This document shows positions 10,125 through 21,700 of a stretch of DNA of 64,000 bases, piece by piece (within the stretch, counting starts at the first letter, position 1; each line of letters starts with the position of its first letter). A program made the translations under genes and the position numbers. The stretch is from Muribaculaceae bacterium (lineage in GTDB: Bacteria > Bacteroidota > Bacteroidia > Bacteroidales > Muribaculaceae), in assembly GCA_045531405.1 (NCBI GenBank), contig JAZSDX010000053.1, positions 13,582-77,581 of the forward strand. Direction: 5' to 3'. The notes beneath the pieces are model-generated. The model saw nothing but the letters and a program-made list of their open reading frames with translations, did not search any database and had not been told where the DNA came from.

Positions 10125-10868
10125 ATGAGACCAAAGGAACATACTCATAAATATTTTCTCACTGCAGGCGAATGTAATGCACAACGCCAAATGCCCATCA
10201 CTCTCATCGCTCAACGAGTGATTGAAATTGCCACCGAACATGCCAATATACTCGGCGTGGGTTATAGCGATATGATTAAATTCAACTCGGGTTGGGTGTT
10301 GAGCCGCATGTCAATCGAAATGACTCGCTATCCGGGAGTGAACGAGGAATACAGTTTAATTACATGGATTGAAGGTTTTAATCGACTTTATTCTGAGCGT
10401 AATATGGAGATTCAAGATGGAAATGGCGAAACAATAGGATATGTGCGAACAATATGGGTTGCAATCGACATGGACACTCGTCGTCCATCAGACCTTTCAA
10501 ACATTTCTTGGCTTGCCGAAACAATCAACGATCGTCCTTGTCCTATTGCCAAGCAAAGCCGATTGATGCCGGTGAAAGATGAAGATGCCACAATTATGGT
10601 ACAACATCAATTTAGAGTTACCGACATTGATTTTAATCGCCACGTAAATAGCGTGAGGTATATGGATGCTTTGCTCAACCAATGGAATTTAGAGCATTTT
10701 GACAATAACGATATTGCTCGTTTTGAAATTCAATATCTCCACGAAACCCACTTTGGCGACAATGCTGTGGTTAAATCTAAAGTTGCCGATAATGTTGCCG
10801 AATCGGAGATTTCGGTTGGCGAAAACGCATCTTGTAGAGCAAAAATCTCTTTTATAAGCAAAATTTGA
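10125..10868 (+). CDS. Acyl-ACP thioesterase family protein
   Basis: 247 aa. Double hot-dog thioesterase pattern (FRVTDIDFNRHVNSVRYMD). Lies 6 nt after ilvN. Confidence 0.8.
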   Translation: MRPKEHTHKYFLTAGECNAQRQMPITLIAQRVIEIATEHANILGVGYSDMIKFNSGWVLSRMSIEMTRYPGVNEEYSLITWIEGFNRLYSERNMEIQDGNGETIGYVRTIWVAIDMDTRRPSDLSNISWLAETINDRPCPIAKQSRLMPVKDEDATIMVQHQFRVTDIDFNRHVNSVRYMDALLNQWNLEHFDNNDIARFEIQYLHETHFGDNAVVKSKVADNVAESEISVGENASCRAKISFISKI

Positions 10869-10894
10869 CACAAAAATTAAATATTTAATTGCAT

Positions 10895-10929
10895 TTTGTT
10901 GCTAAATTACAATTAAAGCAGTAAATTTG
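10895..10929 (+). promoter_or_regulatory. Candidate internal promoter before ilvC (-33 TTTG at 10895-10898, -7 TAAATTTG at 10922-10929)
   Basis: Consensus match with correct spacing, inside the 99-bp gap between the thioesterase gene and ilvC. Confidence 0.35.
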
Positions 10930-10967
10930 CAACAAAATCACAAAAAAACTAATATAACAATTCAATT

Positions 10968-12011
10968 ATGGCAAAAATGAATTTTGGCGGAGTTGAAGAA
11001 AACGTAATCCTCCGCGAAGAATTTCCCTTAGAAAAAGCTCGTGAAATCTTAAAAGACGAAACTATAGCTGTGATCGGTTATGGCGTTCAAGGTCCCGGTC
11101 AAAGTATGAACCTTCGTGACAATGGCTTTAACGTAATCGTTGGTCAACGTCAAGGTAAAACATTTGAAAAAGCAATCGCTGACGGTTGGGTTCCAGGTGA
11201 AACACTTTTCAGCATCGAAGAAGCATGCGAAAAAGGTACTATCATCATGTGTCTTCTTTCTGACGCTGCTGTAATGTCGGTATGGCCTACTCTTAAACAA
11301 TATCTCACACCAGGCAAAGCTCTCTACTTCTCTCACGGTTTTGCTCTCACATGGAGCGATCGCACAGGCGTAGTTCCTCCTGCTGATGTTGACGTTATTC
11401 TCGTTGCTCCTAAAGGCTCAGGTACATCATTGCGTACAATGTTCCTCGAAGGTCGCGGTTTGAACTCTTCATATGCAGTTTCTCAAGATGTTACAGGTCG
11501 TGCAACTGATCGTGCTCTTGCTCTCGGTATCGGTATCGGTTCAGGTTACCTCTTCGAAACCACTATCGAACGTGAAGCAACTTCTGACCTCACAGGTGAA
11601 CGTGGTTCATTGATGGGTGCAATCCAAGGTTTGTTGCTCGCTCAATATGAAGTGCTCCGTGAAAACGGTCACACTCCTTCTGAAGCATTCAACGAAACAG
11701 TAGAAGAATTGACACAATCATTGATGCCTCTCTTCGCTAAAAACGGTATGGACTGGATGTATGCAAACTGCTCTACCACTGCTCAACGTGGTGCTCTCGA
11801 CTGGATGGGTCCATTCCACGATGCAATCAAACCTGTTGTTCAACAACTTTATGATAGCGTAAAATCAGGTAACGAAGCTCAAATTTCAATCGACAGCAAC
11901 TCACAACCCGACTATCGCGAAAAACTCGAAGAAGAACTTAAAGCCCTTCGTGAAAGCGAAATGTGGCAAACAGCTGTTACAGTACGCAAACTTCGTCCTG
12001 AAAACAACTAA
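10968..12011 (+). CDS. ilvC: Ketol-acid reductoisomerase (class I)
   Basis: 347 aa. Motifs GYGVQGPGQSMNLRDNG, HGF, SDLTGERG. Confidence 0.96.
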   Translation: MAKMNFGGVEENVILREEFPLEKAREILKDETIAVIGYGVQGPGQSMNLRDNGFNVIVGQRQGKTFEKAIADGWVPGETLFSIEEACEKGTIIMCLLSDAAVMSVWPTLKQYLTPGKALYFSHGFALTWSDRTGVVPPADVDVILVAPKGSGTSLRTMFLEGRGLNSSYAVSQDVTGRATDRALALGIGIGSGYLFETTIEREATSDLTGERGSLMGAIQGLLLAQYEVLRENGHTPSEAFNETVEELTQSLMPLFAKNGMDWMYANCSTTAQRGALDWMGPFHDAIKPVVQQLYDSVKSGNEAQISIDSNSQPDYREKLEEELKALRESEMWQTAVTVRKLRPENN

Positions 12012-12041
12012 TCTACAATCTCTCAGAGATATAAATAACGC

Positions 12042-12079
12042 AAAGTGCGACACTCACAACCGAGTGCCGCACTTTTTTT
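12042..12079 (+). terminator. Intrinsic terminator of the ilv operon
   Basis: Hairpin AAGTGCGACACTC..GAGTGCCGCACTT followed by a T9 run (12071-12079). Confidence 0.8.
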
Positions 12080-12099
12080 TGTAACAAAACACAAAATTT

Positions 12100-12132
12100 A
12101 TTTGGTTAATTAATATATAACCTATAACTTTG
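12100..12132 (+). promoter_or_regulatory. Candidate promoter of the B12 locus (-33 TTTG at 12100-12103, -7 TAACTTTG at 12125-12132)
   Basis: Consensus match. The predicted transcription start falls at the first nucleotides of the riboswitch P1 stem. Confidence 0.45.
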
Positions 12133-12135
12133 CCG

Positions 12136-12318
12136 ATGTAATGGTGTGGATACCCAACCGGGTTACTCTACTTAATAGGGAATCAGGTGTAAATCCTGGA
12201 CAGTCCCCGCTGCTGTGAGTTTCATTATCACTCACCGACATTCACAACCTGCCACTGAGGCGAAAGGCCTTGGGAAGGCGTCGGGATGAGGAAACGAGTC
12301 AGAAGACCTGCCACTACA
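12136..12318 (+). promoter_or_regulatory. Cobalamin (AdoCbl-type) riboswitch aptamer
   Basis: Conserved core AATAGGGAATCAGGTGTAAATCCTGGACAGTCCCCGCTGCTGT. B12 box CCTGCCACTG...GGGAAGGCG. P1 stem ATGTAATGG (12136-12144) pairs with CCACTACAT (12310-12318). Downstream, ATGTAGT (12364-12370) can compete for the P1 3' strand. A T-rich tract follows GTCTTC at about 12379-12390. Confidence 0.92.
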
Positions 12319-12499
12319 TTTATTTCAATAGCTTACGAGGTATGAGCTTTGAAAAGTTAAGACATGTAGTTAGCACTCGTCTTCTTTTTTCTTTGTTTCT
12401 GCCACCCTATACGAGATAGGAGTGCGTTTACATTTCAGGCTTGACAAGGTGTCGCCTCGAAGCTATTTTGATTAACAACTTAAATTATTAGTTATCAAA

Positions 12500-14509
12500 A
12501 TGGTAAGACGCATCTTAACAAGCTCGTTTTTTTATTTATTGCTGACTACACATTTCGCGTCAGCAACCACTCTCAGCGACGAGGGACACTCTACTCTTGA
12601 CACTACATTTCTCAAAGAGGTTGAAATCACAGCTCAATCCTACAAAGAAGTTATACCGGCACAAACATTAGGAGGAAAAGAATTAGAGGCATTGCGTTCA
12701 CACAGTGTAGCCGATGCTTTAAGGTATTTTTCGGGAGTACAATTAAAAGACTATGGTGGTGTGGGTGGTATTAAAACGGTCAATATCCGTTCGATGGGAA
12801 CAAACCACATGGGGGTTTATTATAATGGCATCGAATTGGGAAATGCTCAAAACGGACAAGTCGATTTAGGGAAATATTCATTGGAAAACATTGAAACCGT
12901 TTCACTCTATAACGGACAAAAAAGTGAAATTTTTCAGTCGGCACGCGAATTTGGTTCTGCCGGGTCAATATACCTCAACACCCGATTTCCTAAATTCAAA
13001 GAAGGAGAATCATGCCATTTGCGAGTGGGATTGCGAGCCGGCTCATTTGACCTCTTCAACCCATCTCTGACATTTGAGTACAAACTCAGCAAAACTATCA
13101 GCATGAGTTTCAATACCGAGTGGATAAGCTCATCGGGAAAATACAAATTCCGTTATCGACGCGTTACTCCTTCGGGCGAACTCGCCTACGACACAACTGC
13201 CATTCGCGAAAATGGCGATATTGATGCTGTTCGTCTTGAAGGTGGAGTGTATGGATTCCTTCCTAAAGGTCGATGGAAAGTTTATCTATACCATTACAAT
13301 TCAGAACGAGGAGTGCCTGGTGCCATTGTTAATAACGTGTGGCGACGTGGCGAAAGACTATGGGATCGAAACTCGTTTGCACAGGGAATGTTTGAACATC
13401 GATTCTCTTCAAAATTCAGCACAAAGGTAAACGCCAAATATGCCTTTGACTACACACGATATGTAAACAATGACGACAAACTCATTCATGTCGATAACAT
13501 CTACAAGCAAAGAGAGGTATATCTATCATGGGCAAACAAATATAGTGCGTTGCCTAATTGGGATTTGTCTATGGCATACGACTTTCAATGGAATGAATTA
13601 TCGGAATATATGGACGTTGACCGCTCAACTCATTGGGCATCATTGGCTACTGCCCTATCATTATGGGATTGCCTAAAGTTGCAAGCATCGGGTTTAATGA
13701 CATACGTAAATGAAGAACAACGAGAACGCAACTCAGCTCCCGACAAAGTTAAATTCACCCCAGGTGTATTTGCATCATATAAACCATTTAAAAAGCCTAA
13801 TTTAGTATTACGTGCTTTTTATAAACAAAGCTATCGCATGCCCACATTCAACGACTTGTATTACACCGATATGGGCAACGCATATCTCAAACCCGAAACA
13901 GCTATACAATATAATGTTGGCTTATTATATGATATAGTTCAAGAAAAAAGTTGGTTCAAATATTTTAAGGTTGGAACAGATGTTTACTATAATGATGTAA
14001 AAGATAAAATTGTAGCATATCCCAAAGGACAACAATTTCGATGGACAATGCTCAATCTCGGCAAAGTAGAAATCAAAGGTATCGATGCCCAATTAGGTGC
14101 GACATTCGGACTTCCATACGACATTGATTTCACTACCAAGGTCCAATACACCTACCAAGAAGCTATCGACGTAACAAATCCTGCCGATAATTACTATCGT
14201 CATCAGATTCCTTATATTCCATGGCATAGTGGTTCGGCTATTGTCATGCTCGATTGGAAAGGTTGGCATTTCAATTATAGCTTCATCTACACCGGCGAAA
14301 GATATAACCAACAAGAGAATATCCGCTATAACTACACTCAACCATGGTACACAAGCGACATTTCTCTGATGAAATCGTTTAAGATCAACAAGGTAAATCT
14401 AAAAGCCACAGCCGAGGTTAATAATCTTCTCTCACAAGATTATGATGTGATTCTTAACTACCCTATGCCCAAACGCAATTATCGATTTGGCATTGTCGTT
14501 GAACTTTAA
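12500..14509 (+). CDS. btuB: TonB-dependent receptor, vitamin B12 transporter BtuB-like
   Basis: 669 aa. Signal peptide. Plug motifs (ADALRYFSGVQLKDYGGVGGIKTVNIRSMG). Beta-barrel length. Directly controlled by the cobalamin riboswitch. Confidence 0.88.
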   Translation: MVRRILTSSFFYLLLTTHFASATTLSDEGHSTLDTTFLKEVEITAQSYKEVIPAQTLGGKELEALRSHSVADALRYFSGVQLKDYGGVGGIKTVNIRSMGTNHMGVYYNGIELGNAQNGQVDLGKYSLENIETVSLYNGQKSEIFQSAREFGSAGSIYLNTRFPKFKEGESCHLRVGLRAGSFDLFNPSLTFEYKLSKTISMSFNTEWISSSGKYKFRYRRVTPSGELAYDTTAIRENGDIDAVRLEGGVYGFLPKGRWKVYLYHYNSERGVPGAIVNNVWRRGERLWDRNSFAQGMFEHRFSSKFSTKVNAKYAFDYTRYVNNDDKLIHVDNIYKQREVYLSWANKYSALPNWDLSMAYDFQWNELSEYMDVDRSTHWASLATALSLWDCLKLQASGLMTYVNEEQRERNSAPDKVKFTPGVFASYKPFKKPNLVLRAFYKQSYRMPTFNDLYYTDMGNAYLKPETAIQYNVGLLYDIVQEKSWFKYFKVGTDVYYNDVKDKIVAYPKGQQFRWTMLNLGKVEIKGIDAQLGATFGLPYDIDFTTKVQYTYQEAIDVTNPADNYYRHQIPYIPWHSGSAIVMLDWKGWHFNYSFIYTGERYNQQENIRYNYTQPWYTSDISLMKSFKINKVNLKATAEVNNLLSQDYDVILNYPMPKRNYRFGIVVEL

Positions 14510-14520
14510 TTTTTCGATAT

Positions 14521-15678
14521 ATGAACAAACTTATTTTCTCTATACTCTTTTCATTAATGCTTTGTTGTGCCACAAGTTGTCGTGAAGACGAGATTGTGGT
14601 ACCAACAGAGTACGACATTTTGCCATTTGAGCCCAACTCCGACGTGAATCCAATAGGCTTGTACTTGCTCAACGAGGGCAATATGGGTAGCAACAAGGCC
14701 TCTATCGACTTTGTGGATTTCAAGAACGCCTATTATGTGCGCAATATGTATGCCGAGCGTAATCCCACTATTATCAAAGAACTGGGTGATGTGGGTAACG
14801 ATATTCAGATATATGGCAATAAGATATATGCCGTAATAAACTGTTCTCACAAGGTAGAAGTGATGGATGCGCATTCATTGGTGCGCATTGGGCAAATTGA
14901 CATCCCCAACTGCCGCTACATTAAATTTGACAAAGGGAATGCCTACGTTTCGGCTTATGTGGGACCGGTAGCTATTGACCCTGATGCACAACTTGGGGCT
15001 GTGTATCGAGTAGATACCGCCTCTCTTGCCATCACCGGGAAATGCACCGTTGGCTACCAACCCGACGAGTTAGAAATCCTCGGGGAATATATATATGTAG
15101 CAAATTCAGGTGGTTATAGAGTACCAAAATATGACTATACGATATCGGTTGTAGAGAAATTTGGCATGACCCAAGTTGAAAAAATACCGGTTGGTATAAA
15201 CCTTCATCGCACAGAAGCTGACAAATACGGAAAACTTTGGGTAACATCTCGTGGCAACTACGGCTCAATTCGTTCCAAAATGTTTGTACTTGAAAAAGAG
15301 AGCAAATTCTCACGAAAGATGGTTGTCACCGACACTCTCGACATTCCTTGTTCGGAGATGCACATTCAAGGGGATTCACTCTATTTCTACAGCGTAGAAT
15401 GGAGCAATCAAGAAGAAAAAAACCACATTGCCTACGGCATCATCGATGTGCGAACAAAAGAACTTGTTACCGACCATTTCATTACCGACGGCACTGAAAA
15501 GGACATTGAAATCCCTTACGGTATAAACGTACACCCTATTACCGGCGATATATATGTTACTGATGCCAAAAACTATGTTTCGAGTGGAGCTTTGCATTGT
15601 TACAGCCGTGAAGGTAAAAAGAAATGGAGTGTACGCACCGGCGACATTCCGGCACACATGGTATTCCTATATAAATAA
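14521..15678 (+). CDS. Surface lipoprotein, YncE-like beta-propeller (occupies the BtuG position)
   Basis: 385 aa. Lipoprotein signal (LMLCCATSC). Repeated-blade pattern (LYLLNEGNMGSN, YGNKIYAVIN, GEYIYVANSG, GDIYVTDAKNY). Lies 11 nt after btuB. Homology to BtuG itself was not verifiable by eye. Confidence 0.6.
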   Translation: MNKLIFSILFSLMLCCATSCREDEIVVPTEYDILPFEPNSDVNPIGLYLLNEGNMGSNKASIDFVDFKNAYYVRNMYAERNPTIIKELGDVGNDIQIYGNKIYAVINCSHKVEVMDAHSLVRIGQIDIPNCRYIKFDKGNAYVSAYVGPVAIDPDAQLGAVYRVDTASLAITGKCTVGYQPDELEILGEYIYVANSGGYRVPKYDYTISVVEKFGMTQVEKIPVGINLHRTEADKYGKLWVTSRGNYGSIRSKMFVLEKESKFSRKMVVTDTLDIPCSEMHIQGDSLYFYSVEWSNQEEKNHIAYGIIDVRTKELVTDHFITDGTEKDIEIPYGINVHPITGDIYVTDAKNYVSSGALHCYSREGKKKWSVRTGDIPAHMVFLYK

Positions 15679-15687
15679 TAACTCACA

Positions 15688-16917
15688 ATGAAATACTTAT
15701 ATCAAATATTAATCGCTACCATTTTATCAGCCACCATCTCAGCTTGCAAACCTGAGATTGAGATGGTTAGCCTTGGCATTGATGAAGAATATGCCATTGA
15801 ACGAATGAGAATACTGCACCTTCATCCCGAATTCCCCGGTGAGTCATACATTTGGTCGATGAAAGATGTAAATGGGAATGACTCTGTAATATCAAATGAA
15901 CGCGACTTGTATTTCGTAAAAAAAGATGCAGGCACATACAATGTAAAACTCAACATTGTTGATGACTCCGACCCGGTAGAGCATAACATAAAAATCGTGG
16001 TATGGAACGAGCAAGTTGCTTATAGTCGATACATCACCGAAGTGTATGAGTATCGTCCTGCACCAGGTCAATTTATCAACGAGTTACCCAAGTACAAAGA
16101 TGGGGATACAGAAGAATCAATGATAAAAAAGGTTTTGGAATGTATCTCGGATAAGAATGATGTCCTCATCTCACTCGGAGGATATGGTGGATATGTAACA
16201 TTTGGATTTGACCATGCTGTAGTGAACGTTCCAAACGAAATGGATTTTAAGATCTTAGGAAATTCTTTCTATGCCGAAGCAAATCCCAACCCCAATGCAC
16301 CGGAATCGGGTGGCAGTGCCGAGCCGGGCATCGTGATGGTATCTATCGACAAAAATGGCAATGGCAAACCCGATGATGAATGGTATGAACTTGCCGGAAG
16401 CGAATACTATAAACCTGAAACATTGCACAACTATTCAGTGACATATTTTCGCACCCCAAGCGACCACGTTGCAACACCCATTCCTCAGTCGCCAATTACC
16501 GACAACACATATATTCAATGGACTGCAAACGATGGCACAACAGGCTATATCGAAAAAAACTCATATCACCGTCAAGATTATTTCCCTAAATGGGTTACGG
16601 TCGATGAAATCACTTTTAGCGGAACACGATTGGCTTCAAATGGTATCGATGAGAGTGGCATAGCTAGCTATTTCGTGTTGTATGCCTATGATTGGGGATA
16701 TGCCGACAATCACCCCAATGAGGTTGGCGACAAAAGCTGCTTCAATATCGATTGGGCTGTAGATAAAAACGGCAACCATGTGCAGCTCGATGGTGTGGAT
16801 TTCATTCGTGTATTCACCGGTGTAAATCAATCATGTGGCTGGCTTGGCGAAACCTCTACTGAGATTTGTCGTGCCGAAGATTTGCATATTGACAACTCTT
16901 TTCTACCTAATCCCTAA
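15688..16917 (+). CDS. Lipoprotein: PKD/Ig-like domain plus a module of about 290 aa of unknown function (module X)
   Basis: 409 aa. Lipobox (TISAC). Ig-like segment (SYIWSMKDVNGND..GTYNVKLNIVDD). Module X starts at YRPAPGQF (16051) and is paralogous to 19494-20378 in the 1437-aa gene. Confidence 0.7.
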   Translation: MKYLYQILIATILSATISACKPEIEMVSLGIDEEYAIERMRILHLHPEFPGESYIWSMKDVNGNDSVISNERDLYFVKKDAGTYNVKLNIVDDSDPVEHNIKIVVWNEQVAYSRYITEVYEYRPAPGQFINELPKYKDGDTEESMIKKVLECISDKNDVLISLGGYGGYVTFGFDHAVVNVPNEMDFKILGNSFYAEANPNPNAPESGGSAEPGIVMVSIDKNGNGKPDDEWYELAGSEYYKPETLHNYSVTYFRTPSDHVATPIPQSPITDNTYIQWTANDGTTGYIEKNSYHRQDYFPKWVTVDEITFSGTRLASNGIDESGIASYFVLYAYDWGYADNHPNEVGDKSCFNIDWAVDKNGNHVQLDGVDFIRVFTGVNQSCGWLGETSTEICRAEDLHIDNSFLPNP

Positions 16918-16945
16918 CCGATTATAATAAATTAAACTACATAAT

Positions 16946-18778
16946 ATGAAAAAAATTTTATCACTAATTGCAAGTGCTTTGATTGTAGCAAGTTCTATGC
17001 AATCTATTGCACAAAATTACTACAATGGAGCGTATGTCCTCAACGAGGATTGGTATGGGCATAACAATAGTACTCTAAACTTCTGGAATCCGGAGGCAGA
17101 GACTATCGACTACCTCATTATGCAGATGGCCAACAACTATAAGTATTCTCTTGGCTGCACATCTCAGTATGGTCAACTTTATGGAGATTTTCTCGTAATT
17201 ACAGGCAAACAAGATAAAGACCCCGGTGAAGGTGGCGATATGCTATCGGGACGCGTTGCCATTTTGAATAAAAACACGCTCAAACCCATAGGTGATGAGG
17301 TACACCCTCTCATTTCGGTTAACGAGAATGGCAAATCCGATGCCGATGGCCGAGGTGTTTGTTTCGTTGACAATAACAAGTTTTATGTGGGCACATCAAA
17401 TGGCATATATGTATTTAAATGGAATGAACAAGGAAAAATCTTTGTGTGGGACTCAGAGAAGCCCATTCCAGGCACCGAGAACAAACTTATTACTGGCGAC
17501 GAAATAAGTAATGCCGATGGTCAAGGGCCTCTTTACCACAACCAAATAGGCATGATGCTTCGCACTCAAGATTATGTTTTCGCAATAAAACAAGACTTGG
17601 GGGTACTCGTCATCAACCCCCAAACCGATGAAATAATAAAGATTATTGAAGGTTGTTTCTCTACCATGGTTCAAAGCAAAGATGGGAATATATGGGTAGG
17701 TGTAAACTATCAAGAAGAGGGTAATGAAAGCAACCTTAACTATCCATACGGGTGGAATGGAAATGCTTGGAACGGCTCACAACTCATGTGTATCAACCAA
17801 TATAGCCTTGAAACAAAAAAGGTTCGTTTAGACACCGGTGGCGTGCCTCAATCGTGGTATGCGTGGACTGCAGGCTCTTTGACTGCGAGCAACACCGAAA
17901 ATACTCTATACTTTGTATATACCGACCCAAGCCTTGGACAAATCAACTGGTTTAGAAACTGCGTATTATATCGTTTCAATATTGATGCTATCGATTGGGA
18001 TAATATCGACCTCTCAAACCCCGACGAAGCGTATGCCGAAGGTGCTTGCGAAGAGATATATGATAGTTCTTTTGATGGATTGTATTTCTATGGCGGTGCT
18101 ATTCAATGCAATCCTAAAGATGGGAATATATATGCATCACTTTATGTGGGCGAAAACATTGCAACACAAGAATGGATCTACGCAATTATATCTCCCGAAG
18201 GGGAAATGATTCAATATCAAGAGCCTATTAAACGTTACTGGTATCCTGCAATGTTTATCTTCCCCGACAATAAAGCTCCTATTGTTGAGAAATTTGAAGA
18301 TGTAACTATCGATGATAAAGATCCTATTGAAGTCACTCTATCTGACAAAGTAACCGACGAAGATTCAAATAATGCCGCTATTATAAAAAGCATAAGCAAT
18401 ATCAAAGATGAATCAATCGTAAAAGCCGAAATTATTAATGGCAATTTAGTACTCACCCCATTGAAGAAAGGTAATACAGTGATTGAAATAGCCTTTAATT
18501 CCAATGGAAAAGTAGTAACTGAAAGTGTAAAAATATCAGTTACTGCCGACATCAGCTCTGTTCAATTAAACACCATTGAACAAGCAAACGTTTTTGCCGT
18601 TTCAGGAAATATTATGATTACCGGCATTGACACACCCCAACAAGTAGATGTTTTCAATGCTCAAGGCTCTCTTGTAAAATCGGTCATTATTAACAATGGC
18701 GACATGATTTCAGGACTGGTTAAAGGCAATCTCTATATCGTAAAAATTTCAAATCAATCACATAAAATTGTTATATAA
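16946..18778 (+). CDS. T9SS-secreted surface protein: propeller-like region, Ig-like domain and T9SS C-terminal sorting domain
   Basis: 610 aa. Signal peptide SIA|QN. YVLNEDWYGHNNSTLNF resembles the LNEGNMGSN motif of the upstream propeller. Ig-like segment (PIEVTLSDKVTDEDSNNA..). The C-terminal 75 aa (18551-18775) has the T9SS CTD pattern (VDVFNAQGSLVKSV..GLVKGNLYIVKISNQSHKIVI). Confidence 0.75.
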   Translation: MKKILSLIASALIVASSMQSIAQNYYNGAYVLNEDWYGHNNSTLNFWNPEAETIDYLIMQMANNYKYSLGCTSQYGQLYGDFLVITGKQDKDPGEGGDMLSGRVAILNKNTLKPIGDEVHPLISVNENGKSDADGRGVCFVDNNKFYVGTSNGIYVFKWNEQGKIFVWDSEKPIPGTENKLITGDEISNADGQGPLYHNQIGMMLRTQDYVFAIKQDLGVLVINPQTDEIIKIIEGCFSTMVQSKDGNIWVGVNYQEEGNESNLNYPYGWNGNAWNGSQLMCINQYSLETKKVRLDTGGVPQSWYAWTAGSLTASNTENTLYFVYTDPSLGQINWFRNCVLYRFNIDAIDWDNIDLSNPDEAYAEGACEEIYDSSFDGLYFYGGAIQCNPKDGNIYASLYVGENIATQEWIYAIISPEGEMIQYQEPIKRYWYPAMFIFPDNKAPIVEKFEDVTIDDKDPIEVTLSDKVTDEDSNNAAIIKSISNIKDESIVKAEIINGNLVLTPLKKGNTVIEIAFNSNGKVVTESVKISVTADISSVQLNTIEQANVFAVSGNIMITGIDTPQQVDVFNAQGSLVKSVIINNGDMISGLVKGNLYIVKISNQSHKIVI

Positions 18779-18779
18779 A

Positions 18780-21700
18780 ATGAAAAAGGTTAGTCTTATC
18801 ATGCTGTTTTTGTCGTTAGCAATGGCATTCACAGCTCAAGCCGGGACTCAATTTGTCCCCAAAGAGTATTCCTATGAGGCCGTTGGCTCAGATGGGAGTA
18901 GTTCTTTTTATGTTTATTTTTACGACCTATTTGAGTATCCCGACGACATTTCAACATCAACCGACATTTCACAAAAGGAGGGAATCACAATCACTACATC
19001 ATCGGGCGATAACACTATCATAAAATTAAACAGCATAGGCGCCCACATGAGCAAAACGAGAATGCAATTAACTCGTATGGGACAAGTAAAAGGTGAAACC
19101 ACATTCTCAGTATCGATTACTTATAATGGCGAAACCGTCACAAATAGCTTCCCTGTAAAAGTGCATGGGTTAGAAACATCAATGATTAAATCATATATCA
19201 ACCCCGATGAAATAGCTCCTCAAGTTTTTGATGTTATCGGCAACACAAGTTTCTATAAATCATCGGAAAAAACGACTTGTTCTTTAACTATCGACAACGC
19301 CGATGAATTAAAATATGGTACTATCGAATTAGTTGACGGAGAAAACGGATATAAGGTTATTCAATATACTCCTAACGGCACTCCTCAACAAATTGTATCA
19401 GATGCAATCAAATATACAATTACTTTATCTGACGGAACCGAATCCTCTTCAAATAAAATTATCACATATACTACTCGCAACTGCTATGCTACAAAAATAT
19501 TAGAATATCAACCTGCCGCAGGACAATTTCGTAGTGAAATTGCATGGGACAACCCTATCGAATTTTTTGAAAATAACGAACGTGGTGTGAGCCTTGGTGC
19601 ATTAGGTGGATATATCGTATTTGGTTTCGACCAACCTATCTACAACAATCCTCAAAATCCCTACGGCGTGGATTTCACTGTTGAAGGAAATTCATTTGTA
19701 GCTGCCGAAAAAGGAGTGTGGACCGAACCCGGAGCCGTGCAAGTTATGGAAGACAAAAACGGCAACGGGCTTCCCGATGACGGCGAATGGTATGAGCTTG
19801 CAGGTAGCGACTATTGGTTAAGCACCACCAAACATAATGTAGAACTAACATACTACAACCCTCACTATAATGATCGTTACACTGTGCCCTGGGCTATGAA
19901 ATGGGAGGAAAATGGCGAAATTAAGCATGAATATGGTGCAGTAGTAACAAACAACTTCCACAAGCACTCATTCTATCCCGATTATTTCTACAATCAAGAC
20001 AATCCCGATGAGTCTAAACGCTGGTTTTCTCCAAGTGTTTCCCGTGATTCAATCACATTTACCGGTGTCACCAACATTCGTGGTTGCATCGATATGCGTT
20101 CGCCAAGTTATATCGAGTTCTACGCTTATTCAGGATTTGGATATTGCGACAATAAGGGGTTTGTGAAAGAAGATTCGCGTATTGCTCAAAATCCTTATGG
20201 TCGTCCTTATCTTGGCGAAACAGCCGGAGATGGCATGGATATAAGTTGGGCAGTTGACAAAGATGGGAATTATGTAGAACTTGAAAAGATTGATTTCGTG
20301 AAAGTATATACCGCCGGGCAAGTTATTGCCGGTTGGCTTGGCGAATGGTCAACCGAAGTGTTAAACTGTGCCATTACTCTACCCGATCCCGAATATGTGC
20401 CACAAGATTATTACTACAATTATGTAGGTATAACTCAATTGCAAGTACCTAAAGGACACACATGCCAATATGAAGGATTTTTATTCAAGAATGGTCGTCC
20501 GGTAGAAAATGTGACACAACATTGGCGGATTACAATGGACAAAGAGGGTCTTGTAACCGATGGAGTTGATGCCATTGCCGAAATAGACAATACCGGTTTA
20601 CTCACTGCTAATGGCTATGGAACAGTGTGGGTACACTTCTCGGCTATGGACGGTATTCCTGAAGAAGCATTTGAAGTGTCGGTGTGCAATCTCTCAAGCG
20701 TAGTTATCAATCTTGAAGGGAACCAAGGCATTGAAAGTGAAGAATTAACATGTGTCGTTGGAGAACGTATTTACATCAACGTTGAAAGTGAAGATGACAA
20801 CACCCAAAATGTGAACGAGACAAAATCTAATCGCTTTATCTACGATAATTACACTTGGTTAAACAGCAATCCCGATGTAGGGACAATAGATAATGGGAAC
20901 TTTATCGCATTGAAACCTGGAACTACCACTCTCACTGCTGTGTCGGGAATTAACCCATCATTAAACGACAAAATTGCAATAACAGTTATTGATATTCCCG
21001 AAATTACAATAACTCCTATACAAATTGCATCAACTAGCCACTCTGGAGAATTACTCAACAGCGACATCTTCTCAACAGGCACTGGAGCTACTGTATATAT
21101 GGACAAAGTAACTGCAAAGAAAGGATTGGCAAATATTTCACTTTACAACAACCGCCTTTCATATCAATTTACCGAAGGTGAATATGTTACTGACATTCTC
21201 ATCTTTAAGGTGATTTGTTATGGTCAAGAAAAAACTATCGAAGTTCCTATCACTTATGGTCCTTACAACTTGGCTTCTCGCAAAAAAGTGTTGATGATTA
21301 ATAGCACTGATGAAAATGGCGTTGACTTAGGCATTGCCCAACTTCAAGGCATCGATGCAGAAACATTTGAGAACAAGACCTACGTTGAAGATCTTGCTTG
21401 CGGCTCTAATCTGAATCAAATCCCAACCGACAATATTCTTCCTGATGGTTCATACGCATACCTTACACAAGGCACAAACCTTTCTCGTTATGATGTGGAA
21501 TGGGGAAAAACTGTTGTAAGTGCAACATTAACCTCTACCGATAAGCATCAACTTGCTACTTACAAAGACAAAATTATTGTTAGCGACGGAGATTCTCTCA
21601 AAGCATTCTATCGCACCGACCTCGAAGCATTCAAATCAATCAAGCTAAATGGCACAATCAAACAAATGGTGATAAATGGAGATGTTGCCTATATTTTATG

